Assembly: GCA_012295275.1 (NCBI GenBank)
Contig: CM022666.1
Span: 4,898,001-4,962,000, forward strand
Source of the DNA: Chrysomallon squamiferum
Taxonomy: Eukaryota; Animalia; Mollusca
Length of the DNA: 64,000 nucleotides
Direction: 5' to 3'
Both the position numbers and the translations under genes were made by a program. Of the stretch, positions 11,005 through 28,100 are shown in pieces (position 1 is the first letter of the stretch; each line of letters starts with the position of its first letter). Under the pieces are notes generated by a model. That model ran no database searches. It saw only the letters and a list, made by a program, of their open reading frames with translations, and was not told where the DNA came from.

Positions 11005-13016
11005 TACGCATCCATACCCAGACACACACACATACATATTATTTAAAATAAGTTTGATAGTCTAATAGGTTTCTTTGACTACTTGCCAGTGTTTTTGAAT
11101 AAGTATACATTATCGCTATGTACAGCTTTGTTTTTTCCTCCAAAGAACATTTCAGATGTGAAATAAATTCTCATTTTATTCCTCAACTGGGCTATAAATG
11201 GATGTTACGTCACCCGAATTACTAATAGACGGATTCACAAAGTTTGAATCCATTATTATTATTAAATATATTTGTTGTTGTTGTTGTTGTTACTGTTGTT
11301 GAAAATGAAAATGAAAATGAACACGAATACCCTTCTTTTTTTTTTTTAATGTCTAGCTAGGTGGGTTCATTTGCAAGGTAATAGCTTTTATTTTATAAAA
11401 CGAAAAATATAGAAAAATTAAAATTCAGTTTAAAACACAAAGAAATATGAAATATTAATTGTTTAGTTAAATAAATAAATAAAGTAAAATACCGTAAAAT
11501 AAATAAAAAGTGATAAAAAGTAAAGTGAAATAAATAAATTAATTAACAAAAAATAATAATAAAATGAAATGAAATAAAACAAATACAGTAAAATAAACAA
11601 ATAAAAATAAAGAAACAAATAAACAAATAATTAAATAAATAAATAAATAAACAAATAATTAAATAATTAATTAAATAAATAAATAAATAAATAAAGTTTA
11701 TAGCAGATGTTCGCTCAATTCATCGATATTACCAGTGAAGGGATTTTTTATGTTTGTCAGGCTTTGAATACTCACAGATAATTTTAGCATATTATTCTTT
11801 ACTACGAAGACAGCAAGAAAATTTTGTTCTTTTCCATATTGGAGCTGTCGACACTGCATAGACACATAGACATATATTACATACATTTTATAACCTTAAA
11901 TTAAATAAAAATATTTATTATTATCTCAGGTATATTCTGTTATTAAGTTGATAAAGTTATGTCAACCGTATTACTAATAGACAGATCCAGAAAGTACGAA
12001 TGCATTATCATTGTTATAAATAAATAAATCTGATGTTGTGGTTGTTGTTATTGTTGCCTCTAATGTATAGAGTTACTTCTGTTCACGTGTTCGGTACATT
12101 TTACTAAGTGATATAATACTACTATCACATGCTGAGGTTTTTACCCAACGAACTTTTTGACATTCAAGAATGCGCTGGAAGTCATCCACTGCCAATCACA
12201 CAGAAAAACATATAAAGAAAAGAGTGGTGTGTAGGATTGTCAAAAACATCGTAGTGAAAATAATAGTGGCGCCGGCATTCCTGTAAGCAGTCAGCATGTC
12301 AAGGTCATTGTAAGAATAAATGAGAAAGGTGAACCTCTGTGTTGTGTTTCTTTAGTTTTCTTGAATCCTTACTGTGACCTCGAATAGAGTAGTCTTTATT
12401 TAACAACAACGACAGCAGCAAACAATACTAATTATAATGATGATGATGATGGAAAATTTAATAAATTAGTACGAGTAGTAGAAAGAATAATACTAGTAAT
12501 CATGATTATATAGTAATAATATAGCAGTAGTTATAATGATGAAGATGATAGTGGTAATAAAGTTAATGATAATTATGATAGACATAATAAAATTAATAAT
12601 CATAATATTTACGATTCTGAAATGCTTCTAAAAAGAAAATTCTTATTGTGATAAAACAAAAAAATGCTATAAATTGATTGTTCATTATACAAATTGTACA
12701 GGAAATTTTAAAAGTAATATATATATATATAAACATTTATTACTCTGATAATTTTAATGCATGAGTACATACTGTATAAAGAAAATCCTTTTTAACTGGA
12801 TCACCCATTTAACTTGTATTATTCATTATAAACCAATCAGTGATCATTTAACTTTCGTCAGTCAATTTATATAGAAAATCAATAATATGTAAATATTTAT
12901 TCTCTGAATACAGTACACATTCATTTTACATAGAACATCTCTAGAACACATTCACTGTTTGTAGAACATCCACTGTACAGATTTACTGAATACAGACCAT
13001 CAGTAGTACACACACA

Positions 13017-13120
<104 letters not shown>

Positions 13121-13193
13121 GACGAATTGACTTCATTTTCCTTAATAAAAATAAAAGTAAAATAATAAATAAAACCACACATACACACAGACA

Positions 13194-13237
<44 letters not shown>

Positions 13238-13781
13238 AGCGCGCAACAGATAATACACAAACAACAGAATATTCTATAGGAAAATAATGACATATCTTGC
13301 AAAAATATTTGTTGCCTTTTTTACTTCCTTTTCGTTAACGAAATGATTTTTATATTATGTGTTAGAGACAGCTGCACTTTAGAAGATAATAATATTGTAT
13401 TGAAAACAAACAGAAAATTAAGTTTCTCATAAACTGGGATTTTTTCCGATGATCCGTTGTCCTTCAAATCACATTTTGATTGACTGTGAGAAAATATAAC
13501 CTAATGGAGAGGATGACATGCTTAGAATCAAAAATGAAAACAAAATTAATAATTAAAAGCTGCATAATATTCACAAATAAACGACGTGCATTTATTGTTG
13601 GTTGTTACTGTTGTAGTTCTTGTTATTATTAATATTAACACTGCTGTTGTCATTCAGAGTTCAGGTGGGAAAAAGCTAAAAAAAAACAACAATAAAAAAG
13701 CAGACAATGATAAACAAAAAACCAAACAATACAAAGAAGTCACATACTATTAATGCGCGCGCACACACACACACACATACG

Positions 13782-13821
<40 letters not shown>

Positions 13822-15569
13822 TCGTAATCTATGAGGTTCTTGTTATTGTTGCCTCTGATGTATATAATTACTTCTGTTCACGTGTTAGATACATTTTACT
13901 AGTCGATATAATACTACTATCACATGCTGAGATTTTTTCCCCACGAACTTTTTAGAAGTCACCCACTGCCAATCCCAAGGAAAAACCTATAAACAGAAGT
14001 GTTGTCAAAAACGTGACTTTTGGAATATCTACAAAGTCATTTTATACACACGTGTATACTATTATGTCAGGTTAGTACTTTGCAGTTAATTGTTGATCTA
14101 ATCAGAGCACAGGTGAGCCGGAAAAAATAAAGCAAACAAGAAAAACAAACAACAATAAGAAAGAAACAACAAGAAGAAAGAAAGAACAACAAACAAAAAA
14201 ATACAAATAAGTCACACATACACACACTCAAACACACACACATTGATCTATTTTAAGATTGCTTTGTTCAGTTTGCCCTGAGTTGTTTTCATGATAGAAA
14301 CTAGATAACATCAAGTACAAGTGATGTACGTGCATGAACAGAAACAAAGAAATAAAAGCATATATTAACCAAGTAGTTTATTATTTTGTATTTAATGACT
14401 TTTCAATCGTCTAGTCCTAAATAAATGATAGAAAATTGTGTCAGTTGTTCATCGTGTTTATATAGACTAGAGGTGGCAGTAACAGCGTCATTGAAACAAG
14501 TTGTGAACGTTCTGAAATACGATATCGGGGCAATAGCAAGATAGGTACAACATTTCCCAGCCTGTGATGTCATTGTAGGTCGTAAATACGAGGGCCGTGC
14601 ATTTTGTATGACCTGCCCCGCTTAGCAAACAGCTATTTATCAACATTGCTCGGATCGTGATATATGTGTGTGTGTGTGTGCACGCAAGTTGGTGTATCTT
14701 TATAAGTATGAGATATGTACATTGTTATATAACAGCAATATTTAACATACTGTCTATAAGCTATACAAATTTTGCTTTACAAAATAAAAATTAAATCATG
14801 TCACTGACTGGTGTAGAACTGAAAAAATGAGTTTTTACTTGATATTAAAAAAAAAAGAAAACAACAAAATGACAAATTCAGAACTTTGTGTTTCTTTTAT
14901 TAATTTTACTTGATATTAAAAAAAAGAAAAAACAAAAAAAGAAGAAAAAGAAAAGATAAGAAAAGAAAGCAAGAAAATGACACATTCAGAACAAGACATT
15001 TGTATTTCTTTTAAAGTAACTATCCAAGTAATAAAAATAATGAAAATTATGAACAGGTGAACAGAGGTATCACTGTAGTCTTTATTTAACAACAATGACA
15101 ACAGCAAACAATAATGATGATGATGATGATAAATTTAATAGCAGTAGTAGTAGCAGCAGAAGCACTAATATAAATAGTAGTAGTAGTGGTAAGAATAATA
15201 CTAATAATGTTGATTATTTAGTAATATTAATAGTAGTAGCAGTAGTAGTAATTATGATGATGACAGAGATAATAAAATTAATGATAATAAAATTATTAAT
15301 AACAATATTTATGATAGTGTAATGCTTCTAAAAAATATTTCTTATTCTGAAAAAACAAAAAATGCTTTAAACAGATTGTTTATTATGCAAATTTTTCATG
15401 ACATTTTAACATTTATATAAACATCTATTACTCTAATAATTTCAATGCATTAATACATACTGTATAAAGAAAATCCTTTTTAACTGGAACATCCACTTAA
15501 CTTGTATTATTCATTGTAAACCAATCAATGAACATTCAACTTTCAACAGTCACTTTATATAGAAAATCA

Positions 15570-15875
15570 ACCATACAAGAACATTCACTGTACACTGGAC
15601 ATCTACTGTACTTGACCATCCAATGGACAGTCTATATAGAACATCTGTACAAGATCATGTTTTTACACAAGACATAGACTGAAGAAAATTCACTGTATGC
15701 AGAACATCCACTGCAGAAGAACGCCTATTGTACATAGAACATCAACTGTACTAGAGCTTCCACAGTACAAAGAACATCCAGTGTACAAGAACATCCATTG
15801 TACAAAGAATATACAGTGTACAAGAACATTCATTGTACATAGAACATCTATTGTACAAGAATATCCATTGCACAA
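15570..15875. repeat. ~18-bp degenerate minisatellite (agaacatccactgtac)
   Basis: Tandem variants; paralogs at ~23150-23300, ~27400-27670, ~35690-36000, ~41560-41870 and ~47660-47920. Confidence 0.8.
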
Positions 15876-17089
15876 TATGAGTAAAACCTAAAATAATAGT
15901 AAATAAAACCTGAAGCAGAGTCCATCTTTTGTGAACGATGAGGACTGTCAGTGATTATTTTGTTAATAAAATTCTGGATGATGATGTAGACAATAAAATT
16001 ATCAACGATGAGGTTGACATTGAATTTTTGAATTCTGATGTTCACAGTAAAATTCTGAATAATGATGATGACAGTGAAAATCTGAATGATGATGTAGGAT
16101 GATGACCATGAGAACCTTTGTTCTTACTTATCAGAATGTAACATTTTTAGGTTTTAAATTAATTTCTTTTCATGTGTCTTTCATTGTCTGATCCTCGCTG
16201 GTTTCAAAAATTATTCTTAGCCTGACAAAGCCAGATATGTTAGAAGATGAAAAGAGAGAAAGTGAAAAAAAAAAGAATTAATTTCATGGAATAAGTTTAG
16301 TTCATATACATATATATGAAAGAAATAATATATATATATATATATATAATTCATTAATAATTAAAAAGGATAAGTAATTAAATAATAACAACTATAAATT
16401 AAATAAAACTGTACACAAAAAATATTCATTAATTAATTTAATAAATCAATAGTTCAACTAATAATGATAACAATAAAGTACTATAATGATCATATACTAA
16501 CAAATAAAATATTCTTTAGAACTGAAATTAAAAGAATATTAATATATAAGAGACCATCTTAGACAGAAATAATTTACCTTCTTATGACAGTAAAATTCTG
16601 AATAATGATGATGACAGTGAAAATGTGAATGATGAGGTAGGATGATGGCCATGACAACCTTTGTTCTTACTTATGAGAATGTAACATTTTTAGGTTTTCG
16701 ATTAATTTCTTTTCATGTATCTTTCATTGTCTGATCCTCGCTGGTTTCAAAAATTATTCTTAGCCTGACAAAACCAGATCTGTTAAAAGATGTAAAGAGA
16801 GAAAGTAAAAAGAAAAAAGAATTAATTTCATGGAATAAGTTTAGTTTATATAATATGAAAGAAATAATTATTTGTTTATTTGTTCTGCATCAGAAACAAG
16901 TCAACTGTCGATCATTTCAGCTTGGAGGTCTATGAATCCATTCTGAAATATAAAAAAATATATATATTAAAATACACTGAATATTCTACATCACAGTATG
17001 TCAGTTTTATAATATCATATACTGAATACATGATATTTACTTTACTGAATCTTTAATACTAAATTCTTTGATTTGTAAATTACAGGATA

Positions 17090-17870
17090 CATACTTTAAT
17101 GTAACGATCTTTAAGGTTACCGTACTGGAATCATACTGTATCACTTGGTATATAAATTACATGGCATCTACTGCACTCTATTAATCTTTAATACTATATC
17201 CCTGGATATATAATTTACATAGTATGTACTGTATTCTATGATATAATATTTAATACTGAATGGCTGGATATATAAATTACATGGAATGTACTGCACTCTA
17301 TTAATCTTTAAGGTCTATGAATCCATTCTGAAATTTAAAAATAATACATATTCAGATCCATTGTATATTCTACATCATAGTATGTCAGTTTTATAATATC
17401 ATACACTGAATATATGGTATTTGTTATGCTAGATTTATAATATTATATCCATTGATTTATAAATTACATGATATGTACTGTAATAATTTTGTATATTATA
17501 TACTTGGATATACACATTAAAGTATTCATTTATACTCTACACCACAGGACCTCATTTGTTTATAAAATGATACACAGAATACATATTATTTGCAATAATG
17601 AATCTGTATTATTATATCTTTGAATATATAAATTACATGATATGTACTGCACTCTATTAATCTTTAATACTGGATACATAAATTACATGGTATATACTGC
17701 AGTCTATTAATCTTTAATGCTGGATACACAAATTACATGGTATGTACTGCAGTCTATTAATCTTTAACAGCGTATCTCTAGACGTATAAATTACATGGTA
17801 TGTACTGTACTTAATTATATAATATTTAATACTGTCTCCCTGTAAATATAAACTACATGATATGTAATGT
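17090..17870. repeat. ~50-60-bp minisatellite (tataaattacatggtatgtactgcactctattaatctttaatactgga)
   Basis: Imperfect tandem units; paralogous arrays at ~24040-24830 and ~27700-28050. Confidence 0.85.
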
Positions 17871-19879
17871 ACTGCAATACTACTGTATTCTGGATGTTTC
17901 AGTTATATTATTCTGCAACTTTTGTCTTATTTCCAGTTAAAATGTGTTTCACTCTATATTCTCCAGCTTGCTCTAGTATCAGAAGTATGTTTAATATGGA
18001 TATTATTCAACCAATAAGGATGATATCAAAATCTGTTATGAAGGGTTCGTGTATGCTGCGGCACAATGTCTTCGTGATATCGAGTGGAACATCAGACTAA
18101 ACCATCAACATTAGAATCAAAGAACATTAACAAAATACTCTGACAAAATGTGTTTAATCTATCTTTCATTGCTAATATATTTCTTAATTTAAAATTGGGA
18201 ATAATTACCACCTCGGAGTGCTAGGTGTTACTGACCCTTGTTGTTTATCAGAAAGATCTGGCGACACACATCAAGCTGCAAGGTTGGGAACACGTTTACA
18301 AATAACGTGAGTCCCTTTTTCATAAAAATACTGGAGATTTTTTGTTTTTGGTCAGGGAAAAACTGTGGAACAATTCCAGGGTAACGGTCGCTGTCCACTG
18401 AATGCACTGTGTAACTAGTTATGTAGATGTTTGCTCTTCTGTATTAAATCCTTACGTGATTATTGTGATCGATTACCATCATTCTATCCATTTATATTAT
18501 TCTTTACTGGTATACTGAATACAGTTTTAGAAGTGTCAAGTTTATTTATTATTGTTGTTCTTGTTGTTGCTAGTTAGTTATTTTCACACACACACACACA
18601 CACATATACACACATACACACACACACACACACATAGACACATACACATACACACACTCACACACACACGCAGAGATCCATACCCAAACACACACACATA
18701 TATATTTTATTTAAAATATTTTTGTCACTGTAATCGGATTCTTTTTAACGTTGCCAGTATTTTGAATAACAGCATATTAACACTATGTTGTTGGTTTGTT
18801 TTTTCCTCCCAAGAAGATTTCAGATATATAATAAATAGTCATTTTATTCGGCAACTGTGCTATAAATAGATGGTACGTCAACGAATTACTAATAAACGGA
18901 TTCACAAAGTTTGAATACATTATTATTATAGATAAATAAATTTGTTCCTGTTGTTAATGTTGTTGAAAATGAAAATGAACATCGATAATTTTTTTTTTTT
19001 TTTTTTTTTTTTGTATAGCTAGCTTGATCCCGTTTTAAAGATATTTTCTTTTTACAAATTATATAAATAAAAATTTAATAGTTAGTTGCTCGAAATAAAT
19101 GGTACAAACGGGTACAATGGATGTGTTTAAGTCCGTTTTTCATTCAGTCACGCGCTAAAGCTTCCCTCAGCTGTGTTGATCAGTTGACACGCAGACGTCA
19201 CATGTGCATGTGGTGTTCAGATTCTCTCTTCTCTTCTGCTTCCATTTAAACTTAACACTTTTATAATTTACTTTTCCAATATGTCAAAACGAATAGATAT
19301 GCTGATGATAAAACGAAACGGAAGACAATAACTTTAGAAAGAAAACACGATATCTTAAATGAACACAAAACCCACAATGAGTGGCGTACAATTATTTCTT
19401 AATCTGTTTGTATAAACTGATTTGTAAATGATTTACTGTTTGTTTAATATCTATGATGTATTAAATTATTTATTTCTCCTTATTTAAAAAAAAAAAAAAT
19501 GTTTTATGTGAAATCTCATCAGCGAGAACGTAACCAGTTTTTTAACCTAAAATGAAATTATTCCCGATACCTAAACGATCAATTTGAAACTCATCAATTA
19601 TAATCTTTCAAGTTTCTAAAAGTTTAAATTTATAAATATTTTTCAGCACAATTAATTTCTCCCTTTCATAATTTTAAATATTATTAAACGCATATGGATA
19701 TATTTTTTTTAATTTCGTTTGTAATGAACTTAACTATTTAATATTTTTATATAGAATTTACCTATTTCTATATAAAACTTTTTTTTTCTTCTTGCTTTAA
19801 TATATTTATAAAACAGATGAGTATCAAGTTTAGTATTTTATTTTCCTCAAAAAATAAAAGTAAAATAATAAATAAATAA

Positions 19880-19924
<45 letters not shown>

Positions 19925-20722
19925 GACATAAAACCGCGCAACATATACTACACAAACAGCAGAATACTTTTTCAAACAGTTACAATAAGACTATAGGAAA
20001 AATATATACTGCCTTTTACTTTATTTTTGTTAACGAAATGATTTTTATATTATGTGTTAGAGATAGCTTCACTTTAGAAGATAATAATGTTGAATTGAAA
20101 ACAAACAGAAAATTAAGTTTCTCATAAACTGTTTTATTTCCGATAACGCCTTGTCCTTCAAAAACATTTTGTTTTTTATGATAGAAACTACGCCAAGTAC
20201 CTGTGATCTACATGCACGAACAGAAACATGGAAACACAAACTTGACAGCTGACTTCTAATCTCAGATATTTCATGATTTAATCAACCACTCTTCAACAGT
20301 CTAATCCGAAATAAATGAACAAAAAGATAATGCAGAATATCTATATTATCTGACTTCATATGCCCTATGCAGTAAAACGGGTCAGGAAGCTTATCGAGAG
20401 AGGTGATCAGACAACAAAGTGGTGTTTTGGAGAACTGCCAAGTTAATGTAATAATTGGTGTCCAAGTGTACACACAGTGATCTATTTCAGAATTTTGGCA
20501 GGAGTTGTTTTTATGACAGAAACTAGACTACGTCAAGTGCATGTGATCTAAATGATATGCGGTGTTTTGGAGGAGAGTCAAGTTAATGTAATAACTGGTG
20601 GCTGACCAAGCGTTGCCGACCCCTGAACAGTAGTAGCGTTAATGAAGCAGACAGAGAAATGAGATCACACGTTAGATAAACATTTCACAGACAGCGAGGT
20701 CACGTTACCTGTTCATTTTTCC

Positions 20723-20732
20723 GGGACTTTCC
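20723..20732 (+). promoter_or_regulatory. Perfect NF-kB consensus site GGGACTTTCC
   Basis: Exact match to the classical kB element; the paralogous site at 8946-8955 is GGAACTTTCC, next to a perfect CRE TGACGTCA (8918-8925). Function not demonstrated. Confidence 0.3.
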
Positions 20733-21508
20733 AAACAGCTATTTATAAACACTGCACGGGTTCAACTACTTTTAAGTATTTGATATGAACACGGTTATAT
20801 AACAGCAATATCTAACTTACTGTCTATAAAGTATACAAATTATGCTTCATAAAATAAAAATTAAATAATGTCACTGACTGGTGTATAAGTGAAAAGTGAG
20901 TTGAAAAATGATCTCATTAATTTACTTTAAAAATAAGAAGACAATGACAAATGCAGAACAAGACATTTGTACTACATTTAAAGTAACTATCCAAGTAATA
21001 AAAATTATAAACAGGTGACCAGAGGTATCGCTGTAGTCTTTACTTAACAACAATGACAGCAGCAAACAAAACTAATTATAGTGATGATGATGATGATAAA
21101 TTTAATAGTAGTAGTAGTAGCGGTAGCACTAATATAAATAGTAGAAGTAGTAGAAAGAATAATACTAGCAACCATGATTATATAGTAATAATATAGCAGT
21201 AGTTATAATGATGAAGATGATAGTGGTAATAAAGTTAATTATAATTATAATATAAAATTAATAATCATAATATTTACGATTCTGAAATTCTTATTCTGAT
21301 AAAACAAAAAATGCTTTAAATAGATTGCTTATTATGCAAACTGTACATCAAATTTTAAATGTAACGTATATATAAACATGTATTACTCTAATCATTTCAA
21401 TGCACGAGTACACACTGTATAAAGAAAATCCTTTTTAACTGGATCATCCACTTAACTTGTATTATTCATTATAAACTAATCAGTGAACATTTCACTTTCA
21501 TCAGTCAA

Positions 21509-21548
<40 letters not shown>

Positions 21549-22133
21549 AGGTTTAAAGAAAAAAATCCAAAATAGGGTGTTATTTTGGTGATACTGTGGT
21601 CTAGAATAGACACTGACATGCGCAGTTTAGTCAATGACGTGATAAAGTGGAAGTGTAATGATAAAAAATGTTAATATGTAAAGTTATTCAACTGACTGGT
21701 AAAAAACAAAAACACACACACACATACAGTTTGTCGTTCAGTTTGTCCTGAGTTGTTTTCATGATAGAAACTAGACAACATCAAGTACATGTGATGTACG
21801 TGCATGAACAGAAACAAAGAAATAAAAGCATATATTAACCAAGTATTTTATTCTTTTGTATTTAATGACTTTTCTATCGTCTAGCCCTAAATAAATAATC
21901 GAAAATTGTGTCAGTTGTTCAGCATGTTTATATAGACTAGAGGTAGCAGTAACTGAGTCATTTAAACAAGTTGTGAACGTTGAGAAATAAGATATCGGGG
22001 CAATAGCAAGATAGGTACACATTTCCCAGCCTGCGATGTCATTGTAGGTCGTAAATACGAGGACCGTGCATTTTGTATGACCTGCCCCGCTTAGCAAACA
22101 GCTATTTATCAACATTGCTCGGATTATGATATA

Positions 22134-22167
<34 letters not shown>

Positions 22168-25100
22168 TGTGTGTGTGTGTGTGCGAGTGCAAGTAGGTGT
22201 ATCTATATAAGTATGTGATATGTACATTGTTATATAACAGCAATATCTAACATACTGTCTATAAACTATACACATTTTGCATTACAAAATAAAAACTTAA
22301 ATGATGTCACTGACTGGTGTAGAACTGAAAAGTGAGTTGAAAAATGATCTTATTAATTTTACTTGATATTAAAAAAACAACAGAAAACAACAAAATGACA
22401 AATTCAGAACAAGACATTTGTGTTTCTTTTAAAGTAATAAAAATAATGAACAGATGACCAGAGGTGTCACTGTAGTCTTTATTTAACAACAATGTCAACA
22501 TCAAACAATAATGATGATGATGAAGATGATGACGATAAATGTATTAGTAGTAGTAGCACTAATATCAATAGTAGTAGTAGTAGTAAGAATAATACTAATA
22601 ATGTTGATTAGTAATAATAATAATGATGATAATGATAATAAAATTAATGATGATAATGATAGTGATAATAAAATTATTAATAATAATAATATTTATGTTT
22701 CTGAAATGCTTCTAAAAAGAAAATTCTTATTGTGATAAAACAAAAAATGCTTCAAATAGATTGTTTATTATGCAAAGTTTACATGAAATTTTAAATGTAA
22801 CATATATATAAACATTTATTACTTTCATAATTTCACTGCATGGGTGCATACTGTATAAAGAACATATAACTAGTATTACTCATTATAAACCAATCAGTGA
22901 ACATTTAACTTTCATCAGTCACTTTATATTGAAAATAAATATGTAAATATTTATTCACTGAATACGGTGCACGTTCATTTTACATAGAACATCCCTAGAA
23001 TACATTCAGTGTTTGCAGAACATCCACTGTACAGATTTACAGAACACAGACCATCAATAGTATATACATTGCATATTCACTGTACAAAGAAAAGTCATTA
23101 TGCATGGAGTATTCATTATCATTTAACATTAATTATATTAACAACATCCACAGATGTACATGTTTAGAATATCAACTGTACAAAAACATCTGTGTACATA
23201 GAACATCTACAGCAGAACATCTATTGTGTACGGAACAAATACCATACAAGAACATTCACTGAACACTGAACATCTACTGTACTTGAGGATCCATTGCACA
23301 ATGTGAGTAAAACCTAAAATAATAGTAAATAAAACCTGAAGCAGAGTCCATCTTTTGTGAACGATGAGGACTGTCAGTGATTATTTTGTTAATAAAATTC
23401 TGGATGATGATGTAGACAATAAAATTATCAACGATGAGGTTGACACTGAATTTCTGAATGATGATGTTGACAGTAAAATTCTGAATAATGATGATGACAG
23501 TGAAAATCTGAATGATGATGTAGGATGATGGCCATGACAACCTTTGTTCTTACATATGAGAATGTAATATTTTAAAGTTTTTTAATTTATTTCTTTTCAT
23601 GTATCTTTCATTGTCTGATCCTCGCTGGTTTCAAAAATTATTCATAGCCTGACAAAACTGGATCTGTTAAAAGATGAAGAGAGAGAAAGTAAGAAAAAAA
23701 GAATTAATTTCATTGAGTAAGTTTAATTCATATATATATATATATATATATGAAAGAAATATTTATTTGTTTATAGTGTTCTGCATGAGAAACAAGTCGA
23801 CTGTTGATCATTTCAGCTTGGACGTCTATGAATCCATTCTGAAAGATAAAAAAATATAAATTCAGATACACTGTATATTCTACCCCACAGTATGTCAATT
23901 TTATAATATCATATACTGAATACATGATATTTGCTTTACTGAATCTTTAATACTAAATTCTTTGATTTGTAAATTACAGGATACATACTTTAATGTAACG
24001 ATCTTTAAGGTTACCGTACTGGAATAATACTGTAACACTTGGTATATAAATTATATGATATGTACTGAACTCTGTTAATCTTTAATACTATATCCCATGA
24101 TATATAAATTACATAGTATGTACTGTACTCTATTATATAATATTTAATATTGTATCTCTGGATATATATATTACATGGTATGTGCTGCAGTCTATTAATC
24201 TATAATACTGTATCGCTGGATATATAAATTACATGGTATGTACTGCACTCTATTAATTTTTAAGGTATATGAATCCATTCTGAAATTTAAAAATAATACA
24301 TATTCAGATCCATTGTATATTCTACATCATATTATGTCAGTTTTATAATATCATACACTGAATATATGGTATTTGTTATGCTAGATTTTTAATAGTATAT
24401 CCTTTGATTTATAAATTACATGATACGTACTGTAAAATATGTGTATATTATATCCTTAGAGATACACATTAAAGTATTCATTTATACTCTACACCACAGG
24501 ACCTCATTTGTTTATAAAATGATACACAGAATACATATTATTTGCAATACTGAATCTGTAATATTATATCTCTGAATATATAAATTACATGGTATGTACT
24601 GTATTTTATTATATATTATTTAATACTATGTCCCTGGATATATAAATTACATGGTATATACTGCACTCTATTCATCTTTAACACTGGATACATAAATTAC
24701 ATGGTATGTACTGCAGTCTCTTAATCTTTAACAGCGTATCTCTAGACGTATGAATTACATGGTATGTACTGTACTTAATTATATAATATTTAATACTGTC
24801 TCCATGTAAATATAAACTACATGATATGTAATGTACTGGAATAATACTGTATTCTGGATGTTTAAATGATATTATTCTGGAACTTTTGCCTTATTTCCAG
24901 TTAAAATGTGTTTCACTATATATTCTCCAGCTTGCTCTAGTATCAGAAGTATGTTTAATATGGAAGTTATTCATACCAATAATGGTGATATGCAAATCTG
25001 TTATGAAGGGTTCGTGTATGCTGCGGCAGAATTTCTTCGTGATATCGAGTGGAACATCAGACTAAACCATCAACATTAAAATCAAAGAACATTAACAAAA

Positions 25101-28100
25101 TACTCTGACAAAATGTGTTTAATCTATCTGTCATTGCTAATATATTTCTTAATTAAAATGTGTGATTTCTTTTCGGGAATAATTATCATCTGCTTAGTGA
25201 TAGGTGTTACGGGCCCTTGTTCTTTATCACAATAATCTGGCAACAGGCGTCAAACTGCAAGATCGGGAACACGTTGACAAATAACGTGAGTCCCTTTTTC
25301 ATAAAAAAAAAAAAACTAGGATAGAACTGTGAGGGAAGAACTGTGGAACAATTCCAGGGTAACGGTCGCTGTCAACTGAACGCACTGTGTAACTAGATAT
25401 GTAGATGTTTGCTCTTCTGTATTAATCCTTACGTGATTGTTGTGACCCATTATAATTATTCTATCCGTCTATATTATTCTTTACTGCTATACTGAATACA
25501 GTTTTAAAAGTGTCGTGTGTTTGTTGTGTTCTAGTGCAGAATAAAGGGTGTATACATATATATGGTTTCTTATTAGATTATGCATGTGTTCAGACTTTTG
25601 TTTAATAGATATTACAAGGGATTTTAATGTAAAGCGTTACTTCTGTTCACGTGTTCGATAAATTTTACTAATTTATATAATACTACTATCACATGCTGAG
25701 ATTTTTAACCCACGAACCTTTTGACATTCGCGAATGCGCTGGAAGTCATCCAATGCCAATCCCATCGAAAAACATATAAACAGAAGTGTTCTCAAAAATG
25801 TGACTATAGGAATCTCTACAATGTCATTTTATACACACGTACATACTATAATGTAAGGTTAGTACTTTGCAGTTAATTGTTGATCTAATCAGAGCAAAGA
25901 CGAGCCGGAAAATACAAACAAACAAGAAAAACAAACAATACACTCAAAACAAAACAACAATAAGAAAGAAACAACAACAACAAGAAAGCAACAACAAGAA
26001 CAAACTAACAAAAAAATACAAATAAGTCAAACACAAACACACACACAAACACACACACACAGTGATGTATTTTAAGAATATCGCTTTGTTCAGTTTGACG
26101 TGAGTTGTTTTGTGACAGAAACTAGACTACGTCAAGTACATGTGATGTACGTGCACGAACAGAAACAAAGAAGGGAAAAACGTAACAACTGACTATTAAC
26201 CAGGTAGTTTGTTATTTTTTATTTAATTACTCTACAGTAGTCTAGCCACCAAATAAATTATCAAAATTTTAATCGAGAACATCTACATTATCTAATTTCA
26301 AATGTCCTAATACACTCCAGCTATGCACTACAGTATATATCTACACAAGATCCACGAAGGCGAACTGTCATAAAAATTGGATTATTCCATGACAGAGAAA
26401 AACTATTTATTTGTATTTCTTTATTTTCAAAAAATTGTGTCTTTTTTTGTTCGACGTATTTCTATGGACTAGACATAAAAGTAATCACGACAACGAAGTT
26501 GGTAGTGTGTGACATACCAATCTCACGTCACGTGTACATTTCACAGACAGCGACGTCATTGTAGTCTGGATTCAGAGAGAACACGTGGGCCGTGCGTTTT
26601 GAATCTGCTGAGTCACTTAGGAAACAACTATTTATAAACACCACTCGGTAGATCTATTTTTAAAGATAATGTACCGGCATTCTAAAAGGTGTTCCAGTGA
26701 CCTACCACTGTTGTCGTTGGTGTCAAGTACGACTGCTTAACTATTAAAACGTAAACAATGATACGTGTGTGAATGTGTAGGTATGTAGGTGTATCTATAT
26801 AAGTATGTGATATGTACCTGGTTATATAACAGCAATATTTTACAAAGCATAACAATTTTGCTTTATAAAATATAAATTAAATCATGTCGCTGACTGGTGT
26901 AGAAATGAAAAGTGAGCTGAAAAATGATCTCATTAATTTTTCTTGTTATTACAACAACAACAAAAAATAAACAAACACTGTGGTCTTTATTTAACAACAA
27001 TGATAACAGCTAACAGTAATAATGATGATGATGAAAGTGATAATAAAAAATTAATAATGATGATGATGATAGTGATAATATAATTAATAATCCTAATATT
27101 TACGATTCTGAAATACTTCTAAAAACAAAATTCTTATTCTGATAAAACAAAATGCCTTAAATGGATTATTTCTTATGCAAAGTTTACAAGAAATTTCAGA
27201 TGTAACATATATATAAACATTTATTACTCTTATCGTTTCAGTGCATGAGTACAGACTGTATAAAGAACACTTAACTTGTATTATTCATTTTAAACCAATC
27301 AGTGAACATTTAACTTTCATCAGTCAGTTTATATAGAAAAACAATAATATGTAAATTTTCATTCACTGAATACAGTACACACTCATTTTACACAGAACAT
27401 ACCTAGAACACATTCACTGTTTGTAGAACATCCACTGTACAGATTTACTGAACACAGACCAATAGTACATACATTACATATTCACTTTACAAAGAAAAGC
27501 CACTATGCATGGAGAATTCTTTATCATTTAACATTAATTATATTTACAGCATCCACAGATGTACATGTTTAGCATATCCTGAACTGTACAAAAATGTCTT
27601 TCTACATAGAACTTCTGCAGTAGAAAATCTATTGTGTACAGAACAAATACCATACAAGAACATTCACTGTACATGTACATGCTGAATCTTTAATATTATA
27701 TCCTTTGATTTATAAATTACATCATATGTACTGTAATAATTTTGTATATTATATCCTTCGATATACACATTAATGTATTCATTTATACTCTACACCACAG
27801 GACCTCAATTATTTATAAAATGATACACAGAATACATATTATATCTTTCAAAATATAAATTACATGGTATGTAGTGTATTTTATTATATATTATTTAATA
27901 CTATATTCCTGGATATATAAATTACATGGTATGTACAGCATTCTATTAATCTTTAATACTGGATATATAAATTACATGGTATGTACTGTACCTTAATTAT
28001 ATAATATTTAATGCTGTCTCCCTGTAAATATAAACTACATGATATGTAATGTAATAGAATAATACTGTATTCTGGATGTTTAAAATATATTATTCTGCAA